A DNA stretch of 64,000 nucleotides. Origin: Bacillota bacterium. GTDB lineage: Bacteria; Bacillota; Clostridia; Lachnospirales; Lachnospiraceae. The notes under the pieces were generated by a model. That model worked only from the letters and a program-made list of their open reading frames with translations, did no database searches and was not told the DNA's origin. The stretch lies in contig JAEVYY010000004.1 in NCBI GenBank assembly GCA_023392535.1, positions 2,845 to 66,844 on the forward strand, in the 5' to 3' direction. The translations under genes and the position numbers were made by a program. Shown here in pieces: positions 55,716 to 64,000 of the stretch (position 1 is the first letter of the stretch; every line of letters begins with the position of its first letter).

Positions 55716-57116
55716 ATGGAAAAATACTTTTTGGCAGTGGATATCGGAGCATCCAGCGGAAGGCATATACTAGGCAGTATTACAAACAGTAAGATCGTAT
55801 TGGAAGAAGTTTACCGTTTCGAGAATGGAATGGTAAAAAAGGACGGTCATTTGTGCTGGGATACAGAGCGTTTATTCCGTAATATCAAACAGGGAATGAA
55901 GGTCTGCAAGGAAAAAAATAAAATTCCAGAAAGCATGGCGATTGATACCTGGGCAGTAGATTATGTGTTATTGGATAAAAATGATAAGTTAGTGGGCAAT
56001 ACCTATGGCTACCGTGATGCAAGAACAAAAAATATGGATAAAGAAGTATACAAGCTTATTTCAAAAGAAGATTTATACAGAAGAACTGGCATCCAAAAAT
56101 TAATTTTTAATACGGTCTATCAACTGATGGCTCTGAAAAAACAGGAACCTGAGGTTATGGATGCAGCAGAATCATTACTTTTCATTCCGGATTACTTTCA
56201 TTTTCTGCTTACTGGAAATAAGCTATGTGAGTATACAAATGCAACAACTGGGCAATTAGTGAGTCCTATTACTAAAAATTGGGATTATCAGCTCATTAAA
56301 AAATTAGGATATAAAAAATCAATGTTTCAGGAAATCATACAGCCGGGAGCACTTGCAGGGCGGCTGACGCCACAGATAGCGGAAGAAGTCGGATTCTGCT
56401 GTGATGTGATTCTTCCGGCAACACATGATACAGGATCAGCAGTGATGGCAGTACCGGCCTTAAAGGATACGTGTATGTATATCAGTTCAGGAACATGGTC
56501 ACTCATGGGAATTGAAAATAATGAAGCGGTCTGTACCAGAGAAAGTATGGAGAAGAATTTTACCAATGAAGGCGGATATGAATATCGGTTCCGGTATTTG
56601 AAGAATATTATGGGACTTTGGATGATCCAGTCGGTAAGGCATGAACTTGGGGATAAGTATTCTTTTGCGGAGCTTTGTGAAATGGCAGAGGAAGAAAAGA
56701 CATTTCCGTCCCGCGTGGATGTGAATGATGAACGCTTCTTTGCACCAGACAATATGGTGGAATCAATTAGAGCGTATTGCAGGGAAAGCGGTCAAAAAGA
56801 ACCGTTGACAATAGGTCAGATAGCTACGGTCGTTTATCAGAGTCTTGCGGAAAGCTATGCGGATACCGCCAAAGAGATCGAGGCTCTGACTGGGAAAAAA
56901 TTTAATTCGATCTACATCGTTGGCGGCGGTTCCAATGCAGTCTATTTGAACCAGTTGACGGCGGAAAAGACAGGAAAGACTATTTACGCCGGACCAGGCG
57001 AAGCGACAGCAATCGGTAATCTGATGGCTCAAATGATTCAAAAAGGAGAATTCATGGGACTTCAGGAAGCGAGAAGATGTGTTCATGAATCTTTTGAGAT
57101 TAAAGAGTATCAATAA
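55716..57116 (+). CDS. rhaB: rhamnulokinase
   Basis: FGGY kinase (AVDIGASSGR, AIDTWAVDY) immediately upstream of rhaA. ATG at 55716 follows GGGAAGGGA. Confidence 0.8.
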   Translation: MEKYFLAVDIGASSGRHILGSITNSKIVLEEVYRFENGMVKKDGHLCWDTERLFRNIKQGMKVCKEKNKIPESMAIDTWAVDYVLLDKNDKLVGNTYGYRDARTKNMDKEVYKLISKEDLYRRTGIQKLIFNTVYQLMALKKQEPEVMDAAESLLFIPDYFHFLLTGNKLCEYTNATTGQLVSPITKNWDYQLIKKLGYKKSMFQEIIQPGALAGRLTPQIAEEVGFCCDVILPATHDTGSAVMAVPALKDTCMYISSGTWSLMGIENNEAVCTRESMEKNFTNEGGYEYRFRYLKNIMGLWMIQSVRHELGDKYSFAELCEMAEEEKTFPSRVDVNDERFFAPDNMVESIRAYCRESGQKEPLTIGQIATVVYQSLAESYADTAKEIEALTGKKFNSIYIVGGGSNAVYLNQLTAEKTGKTIYAGPGEATAIGNLMAQMIQKGEFMGLQEARRCVHESFEIKEYQ

Positions 57117-57138
57117 AAGAGAGAAAGGAATTCGAAAA

Positions 57139-58395
57139 ATGACAACAAAACAAAGGTATGATTCAGCAAGAAAGATGTACCAGGCAATCGGAGTTGATAC
57201 AGATGCAGCGATCGCTGCATTAGAAAATATTTCTATCTCCATGCACTGCTGGCAGGGAGATGATGTAACCGGATTTGACCATGAGGGTATACTTGACGGA
57301 GGAATTCAGGCGACTGGGCATTATCCGGGAAAAGCACGTACACCGGAGGAACTTATGGCAGATATGGATGAGGCATTCCGTTTAATCCCGGGAAAGCACA
57401 AGATCAATCTTCATGCATGTTATGCTATTTTTGAGGAGGGAGAGTTTGCAGACAGAGATCAGTTGGAGCCGAAGCACTTTAATAGATGGGTCGCATTTGC
57501 AAAGGAAAGAGGGTTGGGATTAGATTTTAATCCGACTATTTTTTCACATCCAATGATGAAAGATGGTCTGTCCTTATCAAGTCCGGATGAAGAAATCAGA
57601 AAATTCTGGATCGATCACTGCCAGGCATGCATCCGTATCTCGGAATATTTTGCAAAGGAGACAGGAATGCCATGTGCCATGAATATTTGGATTCCGGATG
57701 GATATAAAGATATTCCCGCAGACCGTTTAGGACCAAGAGCAAGATTTAAAGATTCCTTAGACCAGATTTTAAATATGGATTATGACAAAGAAAAAGTACT
57801 TGTATGTTTGGAGTCCAAAGTATTTGGTATCGGACTGGAATCATATACGGTGGGTTCATCGGAATTTACGGTCAATTATGCAGCCAGAAATGGAATTATC
57901 AGTTTGATGGATAACGGTCATTATCATCCGACAGAGGTGGTATCAGATAAAATTTCCTCTATGCTCTTATTTGCAGATAAGATCGCACTTCATGTAACAA
58001 GGCCGGTAAGATGGGATAGCGATCACGTTGTGTTGTTTGACGATGAGACCAAAGAAATTGCGAAAGAAATTGTACGTAATGATGCGATTGACAGGGTGTT
58101 ACTGGGATTAGATTACTTTGATGCGAGCATTAATCGTATTAGTGCTTGGGTGGTCGGAATGCGAAATATGCAAAAGGCACTTTTATATGCATTGCTTTCA
58201 CCGCATAAGAAATTAAAAGTTTTGCAGGATACAAATCAGTTGACAGAAGCTATGATGTTGCAGGAGGAAGTGAAGACATATCCCTTTGGAGATGTTTGGA
58301 ATTATTTCTGTGAAGAACAGAGAGTGCCTGTAAGGGAACAATGGTTTTGGGAAGTGCAGAAATATGAAAAAGACGTATTGCGGAAACGAATTTGA
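57139..58395 (+). CDS. rhaA: L-rhamnose isomerase
   Basis: SMHCWQGDDVTGF, HYPGKARTP and ESKVFGIGLESYTVGS blocks typical of RhaA. ATG at 57139 follows AGAAAGGAA. Confidence 0.85.
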   Translation: MTTKQRYDSARKMYQAIGVDTDAAIAALENISISMHCWQGDDVTGFDHEGILDGGIQATGHYPGKARTPEELMADMDEAFRLIPGKHKINLHACYAIFEEGEFADRDQLEPKHFNRWVAFAKERGLGLDFNPTIFSHPMMKDGLSLSSPDEEIRKFWIDHCQACIRISEYFAKETGMPCAMNIWIPDGYKDIPADRLGPRARFKDSLDQILNMDYDKEKVLVCLESKVFGIGLESYTVGSSEFTVNYAARNGIISLMDNGHYHPTEVVSDKISSMLLFADKIALHVTRPVRWDSDHVVLFDDETKEIAKEIVRNDAIDRVLLGLDYFDASINRISAWVVGMRNMQKALLYALLSPHKKLKVLQDTNQLTEAMMLQEEVKTYPFGDVWNYFCEEQRVPVREQWFWEVQKYEKDVLRKRI

Positions 58396-58419
58396 ATAAG
58401 CTTGACATAGCAGGTAAGC

Positions 58420-59325
58420 TTAGCAATCGGTTACCGCAAGATTCTGCTCTTTGCGATAGTCTCTGGCACTCTTTTTATAATATCTTTTAAAAGCAGTTGA
58501 AAAATGTTCTACAGAAGAATACCCTAGCTGGTAGGCAATTTGTGTGATTTGCTTTTCCGAATCTGCTAAAAGAAGCAAAGCAGCAGACATCTTTGCTTCG
58601 GATTTTTTCTGTAAAAACGTTTTGCCATAATGCGCTTTTAAAAGACGTTCGGTCTGCCTCGGACTTAATCCCAAACGAGTAGAAAGTAAGTCAAGTGTAA
58701 GATCCTTATACTCATATAAAAAGCTTTCTTCTATCACAATATATTTACGATCAAACAAATTAGAGGGTCCGAAGTGCGCTTTGGATCCTTTATCAGATAA
58801 ATTCTGTTCCTTATCGCGATATTCATAATTCCGAATTAATCTTACAATCAGCTGCTTTAGGAGCGTTTCCACTTCCGTCATATAACCAGTATCCTGATGC
58901 TCCAATTCATAGAAGATCATTTGCAGAATGGGATAAATATTTTGAGTGTCCTGCCCGTACCAAAAAGAAGTTTTTTCGAAACGAGATATAAATTCCACAT
59001 TTTTCTGTCTGGCAGGGGATAGGTGCTTTTTCTCAAGCTTAAGATAGATGCAGTATTCTGCCATGGGATCCTTTTTATCAGGCGTCTGCTCATGCGCTAC
59101 ATGAGGACCGGTAATATAAAGTGTGTTGGGTCTTACTTCGTAGCTATTATTATCAATCCGCGCTTTTCCATGTCCATAAGGAATGTAATGGACCTCATAA
59201 CTGTTGCGACTATGACTATGTAGAGGGATAGAGCGCAAAAAACGTTCGAATACGATATTTAGTGCATAAAAAGAATAGTTATCAATAGAGAAATGGATAT
59301 TTAAGTCCGTATATTTAGTATGCAT
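58420..59325 (-). CDS. AraC-family transcriptional regulator (cupin + HTH), divergent from the ADH/AKR/fucU operon
   Basis: C-terminal HTH (IAYQLGYSSVEHFSTAFKRYYKKSARDY) and an N-terminal cupin-like half. Confidence 0.8.
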   Translation of the reverse strand: MHTKYTDLNIHFSIDNYSFYALNIVFERFLRSIPLHSHSRNSYEVHYIPYGHGKARIDNNSYEVRPNTLYITGPHVAHEQTPDKKDPMAEYCIYLKLEKKHLSPARQKNVEFISRFEKTSFWYGQDTQNIYPILQMIFYELEHQDTGYMTEVETLLKQLIVRLIRNYEYRDKEQNLSDKGSKAHFGPSNLFDRKYIVIEESFLYEYKDLTLDLLSTRLGLSPRQTERLLKAHYGKTFLQKKSEAKMSAALLLLADSEKQITQIAYQLGYSSVEHFSTAFKRYYKKSARDYRKEQNLAVTDC

Positions 59326-59550
59326 AAGCCGCCCCCTTTTTTTGTAAAACGTAAAGCTGATATGATATCAATGCTATTAAGAATACTTAGTTTGAGCGTA
59401 TCAGAAATACCCTGTAGGGTCAATGAAAACATGCGATAACACGACACAAAATGAAAGGAAATGTCAAGTATAGGTATTATACAAAAATTGGAAAAGGATA
59501 TAATGGAATTAAGCGAAGAACCTATTTTAGAATGAATGGAGGATGTTACT

Positions 59551-60600
59551 ATGGCAAAGATGACAGGAGCAATTTTACCAGGAAACAGTACTGTAGAATT
59601 AAAGGAATTCGATATTCCGACACCAGGATACGGGCAAGTGCTTGTACAAACAAAGGCAACTACAATCTGTGGAAGCGATATCAGATGTATTTACAGAGAA
59701 CATGTTGGAAAAGGGCCGGAAGGCTACATACCAGGAATGATCGCAGGACACGAACCGTGCGGACAAATCGTAGAAGTGGGAGAAGGTCTGAAACGTTTTA
59801 AAAAAGGAGACCGTGTTATTATCTATCATATATCAGGCTGCGGTGTATGTAATGACTGTAGAAGAGGATACTACATCTCTTGTTCCAGTGAGCACAGAAA
59901 AGCGTATGGATGGCAAAGAGATGGTGGGATGGCACCTTATATAGTGGCAGATGAGAAGGATTTGATCGCATTGCCAGATGAACTCACCTTTAAAGATGGT
60001 GCCCAGGTTGCCTGTGGATTCGGTACGGTATATGAAGCAATGGAAAAGATAGGTGTTTGCGGCAATGATGCAGTACTGGTCACAGGTCTGGGACCGGTAG
60101 GTCTAGCTGCGCTTATGCTGGCAAAAGCCATGGGCGCAAATCTGCTAATCGGTGTCGAAATGAATGATTATCGTATTGATCTGGCTAAAAAATTAGGCCT
60201 TGTAGACCATGTATTAAAACCGGGTGCAGATACGCTGGATCAGATCCTTAAGGTGACCGGTGGTAGGGGGGTGGAGCGTGCCATTGATGCAAGTGCTGCG
60301 GATCCAGGAAGACAAATAGCAGTAAGAGCAACACGTGAATGGGGAAAAATAGCATTTGTTGGAGAAGGCGGTACAGTAAGCTTGAATCCAAGTCCGGATA
60401 TGATTCATGGACAAAAAACTATATATGGTTCCTGGGTAACCTCTCTTTGGAGAATGGAAGAACTGGTAGAACGTCTGGTAAGATGGAATATTCATCCGGA
60501 AGATTTGATTACCGATGAATTCCCACTGGAAAAAGCGGGAGAAGCCTATGCACTCATGGCAGGTGGAAATTGTGGAAAAGTTGCTGTTACATTTGATTAA
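59551..60600 (+). CDS. zinc-dependent medium-chain dehydrogenase/reductase (polyol/alcohol dehydrogenase type)
   Basis: CGSDIRC, GHEPCGQ and structural Zn motif CGVCNDCRRGYYISC, plus a GLGPVGL Rossmann motif. ATG at 59551 follows GGAGGA. Confidence 0.75.
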   Translation: MAKMTGAILPGNSTVELKEFDIPTPGYGQVLVQTKATTICGSDIRCIYREHVGKGPEGYIPGMIAGHEPCGQIVEVGEGLKRFKKGDRVIIYHISGCGVCNDCRRGYYISCSSEHRKAYGWQRDGGMAPYIVADEKDLIALPDELTFKDGAQVACGFGTVYEAMEKIGVCGNDAVLVTGLGPVGLAALMLAKAMGANLLIGVEMNDYRIDLAKKLGLVDHVLKPGADTLDQILKVTGGRGVERAIDASAADPGRQIAVRATREWGKIAFVGEGGTVSLNPSPDMIHGQKTIYGSWVTSLWRMEELVERLVRWNIHPEDLITDEFPLEKAGEAYALMAGGNCGKVAVTFD

Positions 60601-60629
60601 ACGTTGGAAGATAATTAGGGAGGGCAGAC

Positions 60630-61637
60630 ATGAGTAATTTTGTGGATCCGGCACTGGTGCCAAAAAGAGTGTTGTATACAGGTGCAGAAATACCTGGAAT
60701 GGGTCTTGGAACATTCGGATCGGATAAGTATAACAAAGAGCAGGTATCAAAGGCCGTCTATGGAGCCATCAAAAGTGGTTATCGTTTGATAGACTGCGCA
60801 TCGGTATATCAAAATGAAGACCAGATCGGAGAAGTATTAGAACAAATCTTACGGGAGGGCGTGATCAAAAGGGAAGAACTGTTTGTCACTTCAAAAGTAT
60901 GGAATGATAAACATGAAAAAGTAATAGAGTCTTGTAAACAAAGCTTAAAGGATTTAAAATTGTCTTACCTTGATCTTTATTTTGTACATTGGCCTTTTCC
61001 CAATTATCATGAACCAGGCTGTAGTGGGGATACGAGAAATCCCGATTCCAAGCCGTTCTCACAGGAAGAGTTTATGCGGACGTGGCGTCAATGCGAAGTA
61101 TTAGTGGAAATGGGACTGGTAAAACAGATCGGAATGTCAAATATGACCATACCGAAACTTGAGCAAATACTACCATTATGTAAGATTCAGCCAGCAGCGA
61201 TGGAAATGGAGCTACACCCGAGTTTCCAGCAAAAAGAGTTATTTACCTATGTTCGGGAACATAATATTGTTCCGATCGGGTATTGCCCGATCGGTTCGCC
61301 ATCCAGACCGGAACGGGATAGAACGGCTGATGACGTTGCTGATATTGAGTTGCCGGCAGTGGTAGAAGCTGCAAAGGCACACAAGGTACATCCGGCAACT
61401 ATCTGTCTGAAATGGGCCGTGCAGCGTGGACAAATTCCAATTCCTTTTTCTGTGAAAGAAGACCAATATGTAATGAATTTAAAGTGTTGTACAAAAGATG
61501 CGCTGACAGAAGCGGAAATGGAAGCGATAGATGGGGAAGACAAAAACGGTAGGCTGGTCAAGGGACAGGTTTTCCTATGGAAAAATGCAAAGGGATGGGA
61601 AGATCTTTGGGATCTTGATGGAACGATAACAGAATAA
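60630..61637 (+). CDS. aldo/keto reductase
   Basis: AKR catalytic-tetrad context (DCASVYQNE ... TSKVWN ... FVHWP) and GMSN and PIGSP blocks. Confidence 0.8.
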   Translation: MSNFVDPALVPKRVLYTGAEIPGMGLGTFGSDKYNKEQVSKAVYGAIKSGYRLIDCASVYQNEDQIGEVLEQILREGVIKREELFVTSKVWNDKHEKVIESCKQSLKDLKLSYLDLYFVHWPFPNYHEPGCSGDTRNPDSKPFSQEEFMRTWRQCEVLVEMGLVKQIGMSNMTIPKLEQILPLCKIQPAAMEMELHPSFQQKELFTYVREHNIVPIGYCPIGSPSRPERDRTADDVADIELPAVVEAAKAHKVHPATICLKWAVQRGQIPIPFSVKEDQYVMNLKCCTKDALTEAEMEAIDGEDKNGRLVKGQVFLWKNAKGWEDLWDLDGTITE

Positions 61638-61655
61638 AAAAATAGGAGTGTTTAT

Positions 61656-62096
61656 ATGTTAAAAGGAATACCTAAAATAATATCACCAGAATTGTTAAAA
61701 GTATTATGTGAAATGGGACATAGTGACAGATTGGTTATTGCAGATGGCAATTTTCCGGCGGAATCCATGGGAAAGGACGCCATTGTGATCCGATGTGATG
61801 GGCATGGCGTGCCTGAAATATTAGATGCGATCTTACAAATTTTTCCATTGGACACATATATAGAGCATCCGGTAAATCTTATGGAGGTCATGCCAGGCGA
61901 TCAAGTTAGGACTCCAATTTGGGATACTTATCGTGACATCGTAACCAAATATGATGAGCGGGGAACAAAAGCGATCGGACAGATCGAACGCTTCCAGTTC
62001 TATGAAGAAACAAAAAAAGTCTATGCAGTCATCGCCACAGGGGAGAGTGCATTATATGCCAATATTATGTTGCAAAAAGGTGTTGTAGTGGGATAA
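61656..62096 (+). CDS. fucU: L-fucose mutarotase (RbsD/FucU family)
   Basis: MLKGIPKIISPELLKVLCEMGHSDRLVIADGNFP is the typical FucU N-terminus. 146 aa. Confidence 0.8.
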   Translation: MLKGIPKIISPELLKVLCEMGHSDRLVIADGNFPAESMGKDAIVIRCDGHGVPEILDAILQIFPLDTYIEHPVNLMEVMPGDQVRTPIWDTYRDIVTKYDERGTKAIGQIERFQFYEETKKVYAVIATGESALYANIMLQKGVVVG

Positions 62097-62111
62097 ACAC
62101 AATAGGAAAGA

Positions 62112-62142
62112 GGCTTCACACGGAATCGGTGAAGCCCTTTTC
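62112..62142 (+). terminator. rho-independent terminator after fucU
   Basis: ggcttcac / gtgaagcc stem followed by CTTTTCT. Confidence 0.65.
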
Positions 62143-62183
62143 TGCAATTAATACGAAAATCATAAACTTGGAGAAACAATAGC

Positions 62184-63206
62184 ATGGAACCATATTATTA
62201 TAGTCAGATGAATAAGCAAAACCAAAGGATTTATCAGGTCATTAAGAATGGTCTTTTGTCACTTGCACCGGATTTTGAAGTTCCGAGAATGGACGGAAAG
62301 GAGCTTGCGGATATTTTTTATCAGATAAGGCTGGATTGTCCTGAGATCTTTTATGCTTCCACTTTTCAATATTCTTTCTACCCGGATTCCACGTTGGTGA
62401 GAATGAAGCCCGTTTACCTATTTGATAGAAATAAAATCAGAGAGCATCAGAAGGCAATGAGAGTTCGGGTGGAAAAACTTGCCCGGACTGTAAAAGTAAA
62501 AGAAGAGTGGGAAATAGAGCAATATATTCACGATTTTATTTGTAAGAATGTGACATATGATAAGTTGAAAAAGCAATATTCTCATGAAATCATCGGGCCA
62601 CTGGGACAGGGCATTGGCGTCTGTGAAGGAATGGCAAAGTCTGTGAAAATTCTTTGTGATGAACTTTCCATTCCCTGCATAGTTGTGATTTCGGAGAATA
62701 ACCCGGAAAAGCACATCAAGTATAGGCATGCGTGGAATGTCATTCAAATCCAGGGAGCATGGTATCATCTGGATGCTACTTTTGATCATTCATTGGGAAA
62801 AAAAGAAGTAAGATATGACTATTTTAATCTGGCTGATAAGAGTATTTTTAAAGATCATGAGCCTTCCATCTATAAAATTCCAGCTTGCATTGATGAGCTG
62901 CATTTCTATTATAAAGAAAAGAAGTTGTCTTTTACCAAAATGGAAGAGGTGGCAAAGCGCTGTGAACAGGCAATGAAAAAAGGAAAAGTATTGACTTTTC
63001 ATTGGCGGGGGAGCTATCTTACGAAAACTGTTATGGAAGAATTGGTGCATCTCATAACTTCCAAGGCAAAGGAAAAAAGCAGACATAGTCAGATTTCCAT
63101 CAATTGGCCACAGGCCGTCATCCGTGTAAGATTCATACAGGAACAGCTTGAAGAAGCGGTGAAGGTAGAGGATGTGTATGAAGAGGAAAATGACACAATA
63201 TTGTAA
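62184..63206 (+). CDS. transglutaminase-like (papain-fold) domain protein
   Basis: Core GQGIGVCEGMAKSV ... HAWNVIQ ... YHLDAT fits the Cys-His-Asp transglutaminase-core pattern. Confidence 0.65.
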   Translation: MEPYYYSQMNKQNQRIYQVIKNGLLSLAPDFEVPRMDGKELADIFYQIRLDCPEIFYASTFQYSFYPDSTLVRMKPVYLFDRNKIREHQKAMRVRVEKLARTVKVKEEWEIEQYIHDFICKNVTYDKLKKQYSHEIIGPLGQGIGVCEGMAKSVKILCDELSIPCIVVISENNPEKHIKYRHAWNVIQIQGAWYHLDATFDHSLGKKEVRYDYFNLADKSIFKDHEPSIYKIPACIDELHFYYKEKKLSFTKMEEVAKRCEQAMKKGKVLTFHWRGSYLTKTVMEELVHLITSKAKEKSRHSQISINWPQAVIRVRFIQEQLEEAVKVEDVYEEENDTIL

Positions 63207-63337
63207 AACGTGGAAGAGGTTGCTATAATAACGAAAAGAAAGTCATACGTTTCGGTGGCATGTTCTGGAAAGCCTCACACTCATATTATATGGCGGAAGC
63301 CATATACTGTAAAAATAGAAAAATACAGGAGAAATAT

Positions 63338-64000
63338 ATGTGTACAGCTATCACATTAAGATCTGACCCTGGAGAACAATTTTTTGGCAGGAACATGGAC
63401 TTCTCTTATCCAATCATACCGCAGTTTTTTATCATTCCCAATTTTTATCAATGGAGTAACACTTTAAACCAAATGCAAATGACGGATACCTATCGTTTTA
63501 TTGGAATCGGTCAAAAAGTAGATAATCTTCTTGGCTTTTTTGATGGTGTTAATGAAAAGGGTTTTGCAGCGGCAGTGCTATATTTTCCTGATTATGTGAA
63601 ATATGATGACGAGTCTGTGGGAAAGTATGCAATTGCATCCATTGATTTTCTTCATTACTTGTTAGGGAACTGTGATTCTGTTGAAAGGCTGCCGGAGGTT
63701 CTTGAAAATGTTATAGTAGTGGGAACACCGGATCCAGTAACAAATTCAATCGCACCACTTCATTGGATGGCAACGGATCGAAGTGGTGCGTGTGTTGTGT
63801 TGGAGGCGACAGGAAATGGGATAGAAATCATAGATAATCCGATTGGCGTGATGGCAAATAGTCCAGACTTTAAATGGCATATGACAAATTTGAGGAATTA
63901 CATGGCAGCTTCGCCAATACAAAAAGAGAAGGCAGTCTGGGATGCTGTGACGTTGAAACCCTTCGGTCAGGCAGGGGGAACCAGTCTGCTTCCGGGTGGA
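63338..64000 (+). CDS. choloylglycine hydrolase / linear amide C-N hydrolase family (Ntn hydrolase), 3'-truncated by the window end
   Basis: ATG after AGGAGAA. The N-terminus MCTAITL places the nucleophile Cys at position 2, followed by GRNMDF and NSPDF blocks. Open to position 64000 and absent from the ORF track. Confidence 0.75.
   Translation, partial: MCTAITLRSDPGEQFFGRNMDFSYPIIPQFFIIPNFYQWSNTLNQMQMTDTYRFIGIGQKVDNLLGFFDGVNEKGFAAAVLYFPDYVKYDDESVGKYAIASIDFLHYLLGNCDSVERLPEVLENVIVVGTPDPVTNSIAPLHWMATDRSGACVVLEATGNGIEIIDNPIGVMANSPDFKWHMTNLRNYMAASPIQKEKAVWDAVTLKPFGQAGGTSLLPGG

Overview
Low-GC, densely coding chromosomal window that looks like a Clostridia/Lachnospiraceae-type gut anaerobe. I saw no rRNA, tRNA, CRISPR array, transposase or integrase. 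Calls rest on motif recognition by eye, so start codons and family names are provisional.

**Layout, left to right:**
- A GGDEF-EAL c-di-GMP enzyme followed closely by a DHH/DHHA1 phosphoesterase.
- Miscellaneous genes: GATase1-like hydrolase, DUF975, GlnRS, DUF2225, a MocR-type regulator, TetR, a Cys-rich protein and a cytidylate-kinase-like protein.
- A tight 6-gene operon: D-amino-acid aminotransferase, DUF4392 (D-glutamate-cyclase-like), PxpB, PxpC, DUF1445 and PxpA.
- An L-fucose island: AraC regulator, fucI, a fuculokinase-like kinase, a histidine kinase + membrane-anchored binding protein + AraC-type response regulator sensor, a monosaccharide ABC transporter and a chemoreceptor.
- A glycyl-radical-enzyme bacterial microcompartment locus (GRM5-like): B12-independent propanediol dehydratase, activase, PduU-type shell protein, encapsulation-tagged class II aldolase, PduP-like aldehyde dehydrogenase, Zn-ADH, four BMC-H genes, PduL, BMC-P, PduS-like Fe-S protein, PduT-like BMC-T and a DeoR regulator.
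- A TPP-riboswitch-controlled thiC-thiW-thiM-thiE-thiD operon.
- A lipoprotein, an AraC regulator and rhaB-rhaA.
- Another AraC regulator, divergent from a Zn-ADH/aldo-keto reductase/FucU operon.
- A transglutaminase-like protein and a truncated choloylglycine-hydrolase gene.

**Most interesting:**
- The split D-glutamate-cyclase/5-oxoprolinase/D-aminotransferase operon, which may be an undescribed D-glutamate / 5-oxo-D-proline route.
- Non-canonical details of the microcompartment locus:
  - an Rnk+GNAT cassette splitting it;
  - twin consensus promoters, each with an inverted repeat and a C/A-rich spacer;
  - a Cys4 motif next to the encapsulation peptide in the aldolase tail;
  - two shell paralogs with atypical pore loops;
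  - a minimal activase paired with a PduS/PduT redox pair.
- A structured inverted-repeat element in the 640-bp rha control region.
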